Positions 22,792 to 33,393 of a DNA stretch of 64,000 nucleotides are shown piece after piece (the stretch's first letter is position 1; each line of letters begins with the position of its first letter). Origin of the DNA: a phage; the sequence record PZ402304.1. One strand, given 5' to 3'. The notes beneath the pieces are model-generated. The model had not been told where the DNA came from. It saw only the letters and a program-made list of their open reading frames with translations, and made no database searches. Position numbers and translations under genes: made by a program.

Positions 22792-23272
22792 TAAAAAGGT
22801 AACGATTCCTAAATTAGGGCTCAAACATTATAATCTTTTAAAGGACGTTAAAGGTCCTGACGAAAACATGAAAATCTTAGCTGATTCTATTTGTAAAAAT
22901 ATGAGTCCAGCAGATTTTGATTTTGCATGTCTACACATATTGGAATTTAATAACAAACTTAAGTCTGAAGTTGAAAAAGATGGATTCACTTATAAACTAG
23001 ATGACGTCTATGTATGCCAACGAACAGAATTCCAATTTCAAGGTAATACTTTTTATTTTAGACCCCCAGGCAAATTTGAACAATTCGCTACAATCAGTGA
23101 AATGCTATCAAATTGCTTAATAAAAGTTAATGACGAAGAGAAAGAAATTTCTTTCCTTGAGATGCCTGCTTTTGTAATCAAATGGGCAGAAGACCTTTCG
23201 ACAACTATTGCTATTCCGGGCCCTAATGGCCCTATTAAGGGTATAGCAGAAATTATTGGATTGCTTGAATGA
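22739..23272 (+). CDS. 28: baseplate hub distal subunit gp28
   Basis: 177 aa, overlaps the gene 27 3-prime end. Confidence 0.8.
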   Translation: MNLNLILPLKKIILPQSNKKVTIPKLGLKHYNLLKDVKGPDENMKILADSICKNMSPADFDFACLHILEFNNKLKSEVEKDGFTYKLDDVYVCQRTEFQFQGNTFYFRPPGKFEQFATISEMLSNCLIKVNDEEKEISFLEMPAFVIKWAEDLSTTIAIPGPNGPIKGIAEIIGLLE

Positions 23273-25041
23273 AACCTGAAGAAATGAAATCCATGCGTAG
23301 AAATAAGGTCATTGCCGATAATAAACCACAAAAAGTAGCTGCAACAGCAGCTACTGATTCATTAGAAGCATTGAATAACATTTCATCAAAACTAGACGAT
23401 GTCCAAGCCGCGTCTGAACTCACATCACAAAGTGTAGAAGATAAAGGCAATGGAATTATTGAATCAATTGGAGACTTAAAGAATTCGACAGATAATACTG
23501 CTGAAGGCACAGAGCTTATCGCAGAAGTTATTGAAAAACAAACTGAAGTCACTAAAAGTATAAACGAAGTTTCTAGTGCAATAAGCTCTAAGTTAGACCG
23601 ATTAGCTACATTATTAGAGCAAAAATTACAAACATCTACCGCTATTCAAAATACAGGAGGCACCTCTCTTGAAGTAATTGAGAACGCAATACCTGTTAAA
23701 GTGGTTGAGAACGAAACTTCTGATGAGTTGTTTAAAGCATTACCTACACCTGAAAAGATTGATAATAAGCCAGACGAAGATTTCTTCCCAGCGCCGGTTC
23801 AAGAAAGCGCTAATTCTACTTCCGATTCTAAAGGTGGAATTAGTTTTAAATTGAGCGATAAAATTGCAATGCTCACCAAAACAGTTCAAACCGGGTTTAA
23901 TAAATCAATATCAATTTCAGACAGAATTGCTGGAATGCTTTTCAAATACACTATAACGGCTGCTATTGAAGCAGCAAAAATGGCCGCACTTATTCTTGGT
24001 ATTGTTATCGGTATTGATTTATTGATAGTCCATTTCAAATATTGGACAGACAAGTTCACTTCTGCCTGGGATTTATTTGATGAAAACTTTACTAAATTCT
24101 CTGATGAAGCTAAAGAGTGGGGTAAATTCTTAAGTGATATATTCACTTCTATTGACTCTATAAAACAATTGTGGGAAGCTGGAGACTGGGGTGGTTTAAC
24201 CGTTGCTATTGTCAAAGGTGTAGGAACAGCATTAATGAACTTAGGTGAACTAATTCAATTAGGAATGGCTAAACTCTCTGCGTCTATATTGCGTGCTATA
24301 GGTTTTGGTGATACCGCGGACGAAATAGAAGGACGTGCTTTAGAAGGATTCCAAGAAACTACTGGGAACAAATTAAAGAAAGAAGACCAAGAGAAAGTCG
24401 CTAAATATCAAATGAAGCGTGACGATGGGGAATTAGGAACCGTTTCTAAAGGTCTTGATATGTTACAACGCGGCAAAACATTCGTTACTAACTGGGTTCG
24501 TGGTAATGACAATAAAGAAGAGTTTAGTACAAGCGATGAGCGTGCCGCGGAATCGGCAAAATTAAAAGAGTTACCTGAAGAGGAGCGTAAAGAGGCGTAT
24601 ATAAAAGCTAATGAAACTCGTGCTGCACTAGTTAGATTTGAGGATTATATCGATAAAATCGATATGACTAATCCGGAAAATGCTAAAAACGTCGAGAAGT
24701 CTTATGCCGATTTAAGTAAACTTATTAAAGACCCTGAACTTAATAAAACTCCTGTTGTTAAAAAGGAATTAGATGCTAGATTTGAAAAGCTAAATAATAA
24801 AATGGCTGAAGCCAAAAAGGCTCAGACAACAGTTAAGCCTGAATCTTCGACTAAATCTCCTGAAGCAAAACAAGTTCAGTCAATAGAGAAAGGACGTGCT
24901 TCTGAATCTAAACAACAGCAACCGGTAGCGGCGATTAGTAACACAAATAATGTCGTCAAAAAGAATACCGTAGTCCAGAATATGACCCCTGTAACAAGTA
25001 CAACGGCTCCTGGAATTTTCCATGCCACCGGTGTTAATTAA
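23269..25041 (+). CDS. 29: baseplate hub subunit / tail length determinator gp29
   Basis: 590 aa, T4 gp29-like. Confidence 0.9.
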   Translation: MKPEEMKSMRRNKVIADNKPQKVAATAATDSLEALNNISSKLDDVQAASELTSQSVEDKGNGIIESIGDLKNSTDNTAEGTELIAEVIEKQTEVTKSINEVSSAISSKLDRLATLLEQKLQTSTAIQNTGGTSLEVIENAIPVKVVENETSDELFKALPTPEKIDNKPDEDFFPAPVQESANSTSDSKGGISFKLSDKIAMLTKTVQTGFNKSISISDRIAGMLFKYTITAAIEAAKMAALILGIVIGIDLLIVHFKYWTDKFTSAWDLFDENFTKFSDEAKEWGKFLSDIFTSIDSIKQLWEAGDWGGLTVAIVKGVGTALMNLGELIQLGMAKLSASILRAIGFGDTADEIEGRALEGFQETTGNKLKKEDQEKVAKYQMKRDDGELGTVSKGLDMLQRGKTFVTNWVRGNDNKEEFSTSDERAAESAKLKELPEEERKEAYIKANETRAALVRFEDYIDKIDMTNPENAKNVEKSYADLSKLIKDPELNKTPVVKKELDARFEKLNNKMAEAKKAQTTVKPESSTKSPEAKQVQSIEKGRASESKQQQPVAAISNTNNVVKKNTVVQNMTPVTSTTAPGIFHATGVN

Positions 25042-25049
25042 GGATTATT

Positions 25050-26159
25050 ATGATTAGTGTAAAAGAAATAGTAGTAGATGCAAAGGATTTAAATAAAGCA
25101 ATCCCAGTCTCAGAAAGTGCTGGGCAAAGCACTAAAACCGAAACAACTACTAAAACTTATGTTGCTCAATTTCCTACAGGAAGAGCAGCCGGAAATGACT
25201 CCACAGGAGACTTCCAGGTAACAGATCTTTATAAGAATGGATTATTATTTACCGCGTACAATATGTCTGCACGCGATTCAGGATCCCTCAGGAATTTACG
25301 TCCGGCATACGCCGGCACTTCATCTAATGGTATCATATCAGATTTAACTGATAATGTGAAAGATGCAGTGACTAAATTCTCTAATGGGTTGCTTCCTGCC
25401 GGAGCTAATAAACCTACTATAAATAAAACTCCTGTTGCTAATATACTTTTGCCACGTTCCAAATCTGACGTTGATACAACTTCACATCGTTTTAATGATA
25501 TTGGTGATAGCCTTATTACTAAAGGTGGAGGTACTGCTACGGGTGTTTTAAGTAACATTGCTTCTACTGCAGTTTTTGGTGCATTAGATTCTATTACTCA
25601 AGGGCTTATGGCTGATAATAACGAACAGATTTATACGACTTCTCGTAGTATGTATGGCGGTGCTGAGAACCGTACTAAAGTCTTTACATGGGATTTAACT
25701 CCACGTTCAACTGAAGACCTTATGGCTATTATAAACATTTACCAGTATTTTAACTATTTCTCATATGGTGAGACCGGTAAATCACAGTACGCCCAAGAGA
25801 TTAAAAGTTATTTAGACGAATGGTACCGTTCAACGTTTATTGAGCCTATGACACCTGATGATGCAGTAAAAAATAAGACATTGTTTGAAAAGATTACTGC
25901 GTCATTAACAAATGTATTAGTTGTAAGCAACCCTACAATTTGGATGGTTAAAAACTTTGGTTATACGTCTAAATTTGATGGATTAACTGACGTATTTGGC
26001 CCATGCCAAATTCAAAGCGTACGTTTTGATAAAACTCCAAATGGACAATTTAATGGTCTCGCTGTTGCTCCTAACTTACCGTCAACATTTACGTTAGAGA
26101 TAACAATGCGAGAAATTATTACATTAAACCGTTCTTCACTTTATGCGGGGACTTTCTAA
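25050..26159 (+). CDS. 48: baseplate tail tube cap gp48
   Basis: 369 aa, T4 gp48-like. Confidence 0.9.
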   Translation: MISVKEIVVDAKDLNKAIPVSESAGQSTKTETTTKTYVAQFPTGRAAGNDSTGDFQVTDLYKNGLLFTAYNMSARDSGSLRNLRPAYAGTSSNGIISDLTDNVKDAVTKFSNGLLPAGANKPTINKTPVANILLPRSKSDVDTTSHRFNDIGDSLITKGGGTATGVLSNIASTAVFGALDSITQGLMADNNEQIYTTSRSMYGGAENRTKVFTWDLTPRSTEDLMAIINIYQYFNYFSYGETGKSQYAQEIKSYLDEWYRSTFIEPMTPDDAVKNKTLFEKITASLTNVLVVSNPTIWMVKNFGYTSKFDGLTDVFGPCQIQSVRFDKTPNGQFNGLAVAPNLPSTFTLEITMREIITLNRSSLYAGTF

Positions 26160-27121
26160 TGTACTCTTTAGAAGAATTTAATAACCAAGCTATAAATGCA
26201 GATTTCCAACGAAACAATATGTTTAGTTGTGTATTTGCTACTACACCGTCGACTAAATCATCTTCACTAATTTCATCAATTGGTAGTTTTGCTTATAATA
26301 ACTTAGGGTTGGATTCCGATTGGCTAGGATTGACTCAAGGTGATATCAATCAGGGCGTAACAACCCTGATTACAGCAGGAACACAGAAATTAATTCGAAA
26401 ATCAGGTGTAAGTAAATATCTGATTGGAGCAATGAGTCAACGTACGGTACAAAGCTTGTTAGGCGAGTTCACAGTAGGATCTTATCTGATAGACTTCTTC
26501 AATATGGCATATAATAATACAGGTTTAATGATTTATTCTGTAAAAATGCCTGAGAACCGATTATCTTATGAAACGGATTTCAACTATAACTCCCCGAACA
26601 TCCGAATTACCGGCCGTGAAATGGACCCATTAGTAATAAGCTTTAGAATGGATTCCGAAGCATCTAACTTTAGAGCAATGCAAGACTGGGTAAACTCAGT
26701 CCAAGACCCTGTAACAGGTCTTCGTGCTTTACCACAAGACGTCGAAGCAGATATTCAGGTTAATTTACATGCACGAAATGGTTTACCACATACCGCTGTC
26801 ATGTTCACCGGATGTATTCCTGTTAGTGTCTCTTCTCCTGAGTTAACGTATGACGGTGATAATCAGATAACAGTTTTTGATGTAACATTTGCTTATCGCG
26901 TTATGCAATCAGGTGCCGTAAATAGACAGGCTGCTTTAGAATGGCTGGAATCAGGACTTATTAGTAGTGTTTCAGGAATGTTTGGAAATAACCAGAATGA
27001 TTCTGGCCTAGGAAGCGCAGTATCAAGACTTTCTAGATTAGGTGGGACTGCTGGAGGTGTGTCTAATATAAACACATTGACAGGTGTGGTGAATTCTACG
27101 TCAAGAGTTTTAGGACTATAA
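26159..27121 (+). CDS. 54: baseplate tail tube initiator gp54
   Basis: 320 aa, T4 gp54-like. Confidence 0.9.
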   Translation: MYSLEEFNNQAINADFQRNNMFSCVFATTPSTKSSSLISSIGSFAYNNLGLDSDWLGLTQGDINQGVTTLITAGTQKLIRKSGVSKYLIGAMSQRTVQSLLGEFTVGSYLIDFFNMAYNNTGLMIYSVKMPENRLSYETDFNYNSPNIRITGREMDPLVISFRMDSEASNFRAMQDWVNSVQDPVTGLRALPQDVEADIQVNLHARNGLPHTAVMFTGCIPVSVSSPELTYDGDNQITVFDVTFAYRVMQSGAVNRQAALEWLESGLISSVSGMFGNNQNDSGLGSAVSRLSRLGGTAGGVSNINTLTGVVNSTSRVLGL

Positions 27122-27123
27122 GG

Positions 27124-27151
27124 AAAAAAAAGGGAGACAACGTCTCCCTTT
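27124..27151. terminator. bidirectional terminator between gene 54 and the alt cluster
   Basis: A8-GGGAGAC-AAC-GTCTCCC-TTT; on the minus strand the hairpin is followed by U8. Confidence 0.6.
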
Positions 27152-27157
27152 AGGGGT

Positions 27158-27451
27158 TTATTTACGGAATGAAAGGAATGCTGGTGCTCGGAATGGAGTA
27201 TCATCTTTAGAGTATTTAACTAATACGACCATTGGTACCTCTGTTTCTAAATGACCTGTCACTACACCGATAAAAATTTGATCAGTGTGCTCAGGGTCAC
27301 GAAAGTTTTTAAGAGGTTCCATAGCAATATGGAATGCACCTGGGAATACTCGATTCAATTCGTCAATCACAGCTTCGTTAAAAGCATCATCCGCTGGGAT
27401 AACATCTTCAACTACTAGTTCTTGACCATTAAAGCGAAGCATAGATTTCAT
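27158..27451 (-). CDS. hypothetical protein (alt.-1-like position)
   Basis: 97 aa from internal ATG preceded by GAGGAAA RBS and an early-type promoter. Confidence 0.5.
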   Translation of the reverse strand: MKSMLRFNGQELVVEDVIPADDAFNEAVIDELNRVFPGAFHIAMEPLKNFRDPEHTDQIFIGVVTGHLETEVPMVVLVKYSKDDTPFRAPAFLSFRK

Positions 27452-27480
27452 AACGTTTTCCTCATGTTGTTGATGGGATG

Positions 27481-27510
27481 ATAGTATCACACATCCATGT
27501 GTTTGTAAAC
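27481..27510 (-). promoter_or_regulatory. early-type promoter (GTTTAC ... TGnTACTAT)
   Basis: minus strand GTTTAC-N18-TACTAT overlapping the alt stop codon. Confidence 0.5.
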
Positions 27511-29597
27511 TATCCTTGGACAAATTTAAACGGAACTGATTCTAAATCCATTAAAGATGCTAACAATTTCAATCCTTTAGGAGCACTAGTTTTTTCTACA
27601 AATGAGGAGAACGATACCGGCTCATCCGATTCGATTTCACCAGTCATAGCAACCACCTCGCCTGTTTCCATGAGAACATCACCATCGTAAATGACAGCTT
27701 CATCCAACTGGTCCGAGGACATGACTTCAGCTTGAATAAATTTAAGGTTGGATTCTAAACCTGCACCAGTGTCAGATGACGCATCTGTGATTTTATTTAT
27801 CTGCAAGAGAATGCCTCTAGGCAAAATAATTTCTTGCTCGTTAGGGTGATTACTCAACTGTCCAGGATAAATCACGTTAACTTTATGGGCGCCATCAATA
27901 GCCCATCCAACGTTAACACGGATTTGTTCTGGTGCATGCATAGCTGTTCTTACTTGACTAGGAGAAATAGTAACACCTTCGTCGTTATTATCAATGTTAA
28001 GCTCTTTGCGAACTTCTTCAGGAGCAAGTCCAAGGGCAACGTTCTCTTTAAACCCGCCGAAAATAATAGGAGCTAGTGAAGTGGAAACATAGTTTCTGAA
28101 GTAGAATACCTTATTTTTAACCATTGCTTCGTAAATAGGCATTCTGATAGACTGAGCTCTATATAACGTTAGTCCTTCAGGTAAACGGTCTCCATTTAAA
28201 AACGCTGAATCAAGACCATCAATAGCGCGTTTAACTTCACCTTCATCTGCAACATCGTAAAAATCTGGTTTATAACGACCTAACAACATATTATTGATAT
28301 CGGTATACGCAGAAGAGGCATATTCACGAATAGCTCGTTTTTCAGCAACAGAGTATTGTTTAGGGTCCCGATTCATTGTTATATTAAAGGTGCCTCTAGC
28401 CGATTCTCGTGCATAAGTATACATCACATTAGACAAGAACGCTGATTTACGTTGTTTCCAAGTTTTTTCAGATACTTCAGCTAAAACGTCGTCGGCCAGT
28501 TGGAAATTATCACGTCTAAAATCTTCAAACCATTCGTCTTTAATAGAGTCTGCAATTTCATTTGCAGCTTCAACAAAAGCAGCTAATGCTTTAACAGATG
28601 TTGTTTTTTCAGTTTTAATTTTCTTAGCAAACTTTTCTAAAGTTGGCTTAATAATACTACCATAAGAAACTTCATCAGCAAATCTAAAGGATTCATCAAT
28701 ACGATTATAAATCTTATTTTCGATATCAGCAACTAAAGTGCCTTTTGCAGTGGACGATGCTTGGGCTAGTACGATTTCATATGCTTCAGGAAGTAATTCG
28801 GCTGTAGCTGGGCCGCTAACTTCTTTAGCGGAATTTTCGTATTTCTGGAATAACTCACCTTCTTGGCGGTCAGCTTCTAAAGATTGACTTGCTGCAATAG
28901 CACGACGAGAAATTTTAGTACGAGCAATAACAGGCTTATCTTTACGTTTTTCTTCTACAGCAGCAATAGAACCAGCGATAGCCGTTTCTTTGGTGACCTT
29001 TTCGCCAGTCTTTTTACTCACATAAACTTCGCCAACATCAGAATCTACTTTCGTGTACAACTCTGTGTTAATGTTAGGGATGCCTTTAATATCTTCAATG
29101 TTGGCATTTTTACGAACCATCATCACATAGGTGTGTTTACCTGTGAATTGATACATTGCCGACAATACTTTAAAACGACCACCGGTTTTAGTAGAAACTA
29201 AACGAGCAAGAAGAGTTTGAAGTTGTTGTCCGCGTCCTTTCAATTTCTTTGTAGGGAATCGGAACAGAACTGCATCCATACGAAGAGCTTTAACTTGTTC
29301 ATATACTGTATTGAAAATGGTGTTGATTGCATCAATAGGAGCAGGACCAAGGCCATTTTTCAATTCAGCGAGATTACCCTTTTCAGACAGACTCATAATA
29401 ACAACATGAGCGTATTTGTCGCCAAGTTTAACTTGTTTTACAGCATCGCCTTCAGAAAGGTAAGAGAATAAGCGAACTACGATGTTTGTATCAATATCAC
29501 CAATTTTCCAGACTTGTGGAACTTTAGCTTTAGGGTTCAAATTGACGACAGGAAGGCTGCCTTCAGATTCAAACACTTCATTTAATTGTTCAGACAT
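27510..29597 (-). CDS. alt: Alt ADP-ribosyltransferase (head-packaged)
   Basis: 695 aa; ART-like LYRAQS...FRNYVSTS motifs in the C-terminal half; T4 Alt position and size. Confidence 0.85.
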   Translation of the reverse strand: MSEQLNEVFESEGSLPVVNLNPKAKVPQVWKIGDIDTNIVVRLFSYLSEGDAVKQVKLGDKYAHVVIMSLSEKGNLAELKNGLGPAPIDAINTIFNTVYEQVKALRMDAVLFRFPTKKLKGRGQQLQTLLARLVSTKTGGRFKVLSAMYQFTGKHTYVMMVRKNANIEDIKGIPNINTELYTKVDSDVGEVYVSKKTGEKVTKETAIAGSIAAVEEKRKDKPVIARTKISRRAIAASQSLEADRQEGELFQKYENSAKEVSGPATAELLPEAYEIVLAQASSTAKGTLVADIENKIYNRIDESFRFADEVSYGSIIKPTLEKFAKKIKTEKTTSVKALAAFVEAANEIADSIKDEWFEDFRRDNFQLADDVLAEVSEKTWKQRKSAFLSNVMYTYARESARGTFNITMNRDPKQYSVAEKRAIREYASSAYTDINNMLLGRYKPDFYDVADEGEVKRAIDGLDSAFLNGDRLPEGLTLYRAQSIRMPIYEAMVKNKVFYFRNYVSTSLAPIIFGGFKENVALGLAPEEVRKELNIDNNDEGVTISPSQVRTAMHAPEQIRVNVGWAIDGAHKVNVIYPGQLSNHPNEQEIILPRGILLQINKITDASSDTGAGLESNLKFIQAEVMSSDQLDEAVIYDGDVLMETGEVVAMTGEIESDEPVSFSSFVEKTSAPKGLKLLASLMDLESVPFKFVQG

Positions 29598-29619
29598 AGT
29601 GTTTTCCTTTTAGTAATAA

Positions 29620-29643
29620 TTTATATTTATGCCAAAAAGAGCC
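29620..29643 (-). terminator. terminator hairpin between small ORF and alt
   Basis: minus strand AGAGCC-UUCG-GGCUCU followed by UUUUUGG. Confidence 0.5.
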
Positions 29644-29652
29644 CGAAGGCTC

Positions 29653-29841
29653 TTAATCCACAATCGGGAGCAAAGTACGATAAACTTCAAAATTAGGGCC
29701 TTTTTCGTACCCATTAACGTTATCTACGAAAACCCGATACGAATTTTCATTAGGAAAATCTAATATAATCTGAGAGCAAGAGGTGGAAACATCTCCACCA
29801 TCCTTCTTAGCTACAATAACTGTTTCTAAATAAGCTTTCAT
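29653..29841 (-). CDS. hypothetical small protein
   Basis: 62 aa from the ATG that overlaps the ligase stop (TAATG). Confidence 0.45.
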   Translation of the reverse strand: MKAYLETVIVAKKDGGDVSTSCSQIILDFPNENSYRVFVDNVNGYEKGPNFEVYRTLLPIVD

Positions 29842-31334
29842 TATAAACCTGTCTGGGACCACGGTCCAAATACGTCTTCAAATGAATCCGCTTCTGTTTT
29901 ATCAAAACGGAACCCTTTAATAATTGGAAGGAAAATACCTACAGTGCCTTCACGGCCTTTAGAATGAACCCAACCATTACATTCACAATCAGCGATACGT
30001 CCAATTAATTTACCTTCACGAGCTTCGGTCATTAATCGTTCACGGTCTAAATCATGACGCTCGTCTAAAGGAATAAGAACCTTTACACCGTCAACTGTTT
30101 TATGAGATGTATCTTTAAAACCTGAACCACAATCGGTTGTAATACGACGACAACGTGATACGAGTTCGACACCACCTAATTTGTTAGGGTCTTTAGAGTG
30201 TTCATAGTATCCTACAACTTCTAAAGCGATATCAATAACTTCTTTAAATTTAATTAGGTTCTTAGAGCGTTTGTTTTCCCAATATGAATCACGGTTTTTA
30301 AGGATAATACCTTCAAGACCTTGGTCAACATATTTTTTATAAACCACTTTAGCTTCGTCAAGATTACGAACTAACTGATTTTCAATTGGCTCAATTCGCT
30401 TAAAGCCTTCAGCCATATTTTCAAGAGCAGCAAAACGAACATCGTATTTCTGACCTTTAATTTTGCCATCAGAATAGACTTCATCTAAAGGAACATAGTC
30501 CCAGGCTTGAAGAACCATACCTTCCGCTTCTTTAGGAGAAATAGTCCCTTGAAGAGATTTATTTGCTAAACCGTTTGAAGTGCTACGGTCTGCAACTTGT
30601 ACTTCTTCAGATTCTTCATTATCACCAAATAAGAACGACAGATCATTTCCTGAGCTCACAGCCTTTTTAATATCGAATGAATGATAAACTAATTCACCAT
30701 CGATTAAAACCCCATTAGGGTGTCTTTCACGAGCTTCTTTAGTCATTTCCATTAGTTCATCCGCTAATAGAGTAAGACCATGATATTCGTTACCGGCACG
30801 AGAAAAGAATTGAACACCACCATCGCGAACTTCAGCGAAACAACGAGCACCATCTGCTTTTAATTGGGCAAATGCAGGCCATTTAATATTTTTAGTAATC
30901 AATTTCTCATCATATGCAGATGCTAACATCTGTGGTTGCAATTGAATAAGTCCAGGCCACACCTTATTTGCGATAGACACTGAAGCACCTACTTCAAGGT
31001 CGCGCATCATTACACGACGAAGGACTTCTACATCATCAGGTTTACCATCAGCGATATAACCCATGAGCTCTTTAATTGCAGCATTACCAGTGAGTTTACG
31101 AGTGGCTAATGTGAACTCAATAAAATCCAACATGTCATCTAATTCAAGAAGTCCATACGCTTGAGACCTTTCACCTGGTCCCGGCCATTTCTTAATATAA
31201 TACTGGATACCACGTGCATATGTTAAACGATACACACGTTCAAGTAATTTGTTGTCCTTATTTTTCTTAAGGATTTCTTGTTTTGTTTTAGTAGAACCGA
31301 TCGCAGCTATTTGGTTTAAAATATCTAAAATCAT
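29841..31334 (-). CDS. 30: ATP-dependent DNA ligase gp30
   Basis: 497 aa; KADGARC adenylation motif; T4 DNA ligase-like. Confidence 0.95.
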   Translation of the reverse strand: MILDILNQIAAIGSTKTKQEILKKNKDNKLLERVYRLTYARGIQYYIKKWPGPGERSQAYGLLELDDMLDFIEFTLATRKLTGNAAIKELMGYIADGKPDDVEVLRRVMMRDLEVGASVSIANKVWPGLIQLQPQMLASAYDEKLITKNIKWPAFAQLKADGARCFAEVRDGGVQFFSRAGNEYHGLTLLADELMEMTKEARERHPNGVLIDGELVYHSFDIKKAVSSGNDLSFLFGDNEESEEVQVADRSTSNGLANKSLQGTISPKEAEGMVLQAWDYVPLDEVYSDGKIKGQKYDVRFAALENMAEGFKRIEPIENQLVRNLDEAKVVYKKYVDQGLEGIILKNRDSYWENKRSKNLIKFKEVIDIALEVVGYYEHSKDPNKLGGVELVSRCRRITTDCGSGFKDTSHKTVDGVKVLIPLDERHDLDRERLMTEAREGKLIGRIADCECNGWVHSKGREGTVGIFLPIIKGFRFDKTEADSFEDVFGPWSQTGL

Positions 31335-31600
31335 TTGATGTCCTCGATTTTGGTTACGGTTCTATTATAAGCCACTTCATCTAGAAGCGATTTCAGCGTT
31401 TTCTGATAAGTGGTAATCCGTTTACCGAGACCTTCAACATAATATTCTGAAATGTAGATGAACCCTTGTTCAACACACTCTTTAAATATTTCTGCGTCTT
31501 TTACTGAACGAAACATTGGCCAGTCTCGAAAGAACATGTTAACGTGACCGTAGTCACGCGTTGTGTTTTTGCCATCTGTAATATCATGAACTACAAACAT
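31331..31600 (-). CDS. hypothetical protein (30.1-like)
   Basis: 89-aa ORF in operon arrangement. Confidence 0.6.
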   Translation of the reverse strand: MFVVHDITDGKNTTRDYGHVNMFFRDWPMFRSVKDAEIFKECVEQGFIYISEYYVEGLGKRITTYQKTLKSLLDEVAYNRTVTKIEDIK

Positions 31601-31609
31601 AATTAACCC

Positions 31610-32425
31610 TTAACAATTTATAGACCAAGTCCATTTAGACGAATCTAAAGGAAAGTTTTGAATCGTCCACCATGGCTGCATATTGGTTGGTCCTGGGGTT
31701 CGCCAGGTATACGGATTCGACGGACCGCCAATTTGATTAGGCCATGCACCTGGACTTGTTGTACCAGATTCTTTAAGCAAATCCGCCAATCGTTTTAAAA
31801 GGTCTTCACGATCTGAATCTGAATTATGCTCGGGTGGAACCAAACGAGATTCAATATCATCCCACGTGTGTACACGTTGTGCAGTACGAGGAATGGCATC
31901 ACGTTCACCACGAGCCAACCAATAAATCGGTACATTAAGAATTTCTGCTGCATGGTCACAGTGATGAGCTAAATCGTCAACGTAACAAATCACGTTATAT
32001 TTTGTTTTAGCTAGTTCGAATAATTGTTCCTTTGAAGAATCATGACCACACATCATTACTTCAGAGAAAGCGCCTGGGAACAAAGCATTCAAATTAAATT
32101 GTCTATTCAATCGAGCATCAATTGAATCACCTAGCGCCGTCACAGCTACAAAATTATAGTCTTCTTTTAGTTTATTGATAACACGAAGAGCATCCGAATA
32201 AGGCGCTAAGTAACGAATAAAATCAGAGCGATTATATTTTTCTATTAATTGTTTACCGAGGTTATCGTCGGTATTGAATAGTTTACCAGGAGAAATAAAT
32301 TTTTCGTCCTGAATCATTTTTAAAATATGTTCTAATGGAAGATTATATTTTTGGGCAAAATAAGGAAGTCCAGATTGCCAGCTTAAACATACACCATCAA
32401 TATCAGTCAAAATAGTAGGTTTCAT
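31610..32425 (-). CDS. HAD-superfamily-like hydrolase (30.2-like)
   Basis: 271 aa; N-terminal DIDGV motif typical of HAD phosphatases. Confidence 0.65.
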   Translation of the reverse strand: MKPTILTDIDGVCLSWQSGLPYFAQKYNLPLEHILKMIQDEKFISPGKLFNTDDNLGKQLIEKYNRSDFIRYLAPYSDALRVINKLKEDYNFVAVTALGDSIDARLNRQFNLNALFPGAFSEVMMCGHDSSKEQLFELAKTKYNVICYVDDLAHHCDHAAEILNVPIYWLARGERDAIPRTAQRVHTWDDIESRLVPPEHNSDSDREDLLKRLADLLKESGTTSPGAWPNQIGGPSNPYTWRTPGPTNMQPWWTIQNFPLDSSKWTWSINC

Positions 32426-32874
32426 AAAGAGTCTCTTAATAGGTTTAACACATCAATAAATTCAGCTTCGGTTAGTATTGTATCATCTTTTGTTAGGTGG
32501 CTGGCCATGCTGTGCTTCAAAATTTTTCCTTTAGAGGCTTGTAAGGCATCACGAAACCCCTTGTTTTGGATCGCGGCTTCAAAATATGCATTTGTGTATA
32601 ATTCTTTCCACGCTTCGGAGTATCTTGAAAATGGAACTCCTAACCAGAAGAGAGTCCCACGGTCCTGAGCTCTTGCATAAGACCTTCCGGCTTGCTGTGC
32701 AGCCAATCCAGACAACCTAAATATACGTTTTTGTTGTTCAACATTTTTCACCTTACATCCTTGGAGAAATCCTTCAAGTCCTCCGAATTGAATACCATCC
32801 ATAACAAAAGGCCATTGAGCAAAGTTACTTAATGCACATGACGGCCATGGAAAATTGCTTCTGATTTCAATCAT
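32422..32874 (-). CDS. NADAR (YbiA-like) domain protein (30.3-like)
   Basis: 150 aa; LSNFAQWPF...DG...GLEGFLQGCK resembles the NADAR signature. Confidence 0.55.
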   Translation of the reverse strand: MIEIRSNFPWPSCALSNFAQWPFVMDGIQFGGLEGFLQGCKVKNVEQQKRIFRLSGLAAQQAGRSYARAQDRGTLFWLGVPFSRYSEAWKELYTNAYFEAAIQNKGFRDALQASKGKILKHSMASHLTKDDTILTEAEFIDVLNLLRDSL

Positions 32875-33065
32875 AGTCTTTTAAGGCTTTTGATAATTTC
32901 TAATTCAGAACTCATGCGAACGTCTTCAGTTCCATCGACCCATAGGACGGTGTAGGCTTCTTTAATTTGAGTATTACCTAATTTAAAAGCAGGTAGAACC
33001 TTTGAAATCATTCCAGGAATACCTATGCCTTTTAACTGGACCGTTTGCGATAAAAATAGTTGCAT
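32871..33065 (-). CDS. hypothetical protein
   Basis: 64-aa ORF with overlapping stop/start. Confidence 0.5.
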   Translation of the reverse strand: MQLFLSQTVQLKGIGIPGMISKVLPAFKLGNTQIKEAYTVLWVDGTEDVRMSSELEIIKSLKRL

Positions 33066-33352
33066 TAGAACCTCATCTGGAAACCGTGTGATTTAACATT
33101 ACCACCGTAGATGTCAGAGGTGTTGACTTCACGGGCGGCACTAGGGTCGATATTGATATCGTGGTTGAGCTTAGTGATTGCTAAGGTATCACGACCGTTA
33201 ACAGTACGGAATTCTACCGGGCATACAACATCAGCATAAGCCTTAATAGATTCACGAGTAGGTTGTTTGTCGGCAGGAACGTCTTTACCTGCTTTAGAGA
33301 AAACAACTTCACAGAAATTTTTACGAGTATCGAAATAAGTGGTCATAAACAT
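33065..33352 (-). CDS. hypothetical protein
   Basis: 95 aa from internal ATG preceded by GAGGAAAA; the longer ORF would begin inside a UUCG hairpin. Confidence 0.5.
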   Translation of the reverse strand: MFMTTYFDTRKNFCEVVFSKAGKDVPADKQPTRESIKAYADVVCPVEFRTVNGRDTLAITKLNHDINIDPSAAREVNTSDIYGGNVKSHGFQMRF

Positions 33353-33393
33353 AATATTTTCCTCAAAGGAGGCCGAAGCCTCCATTTTTAAGA

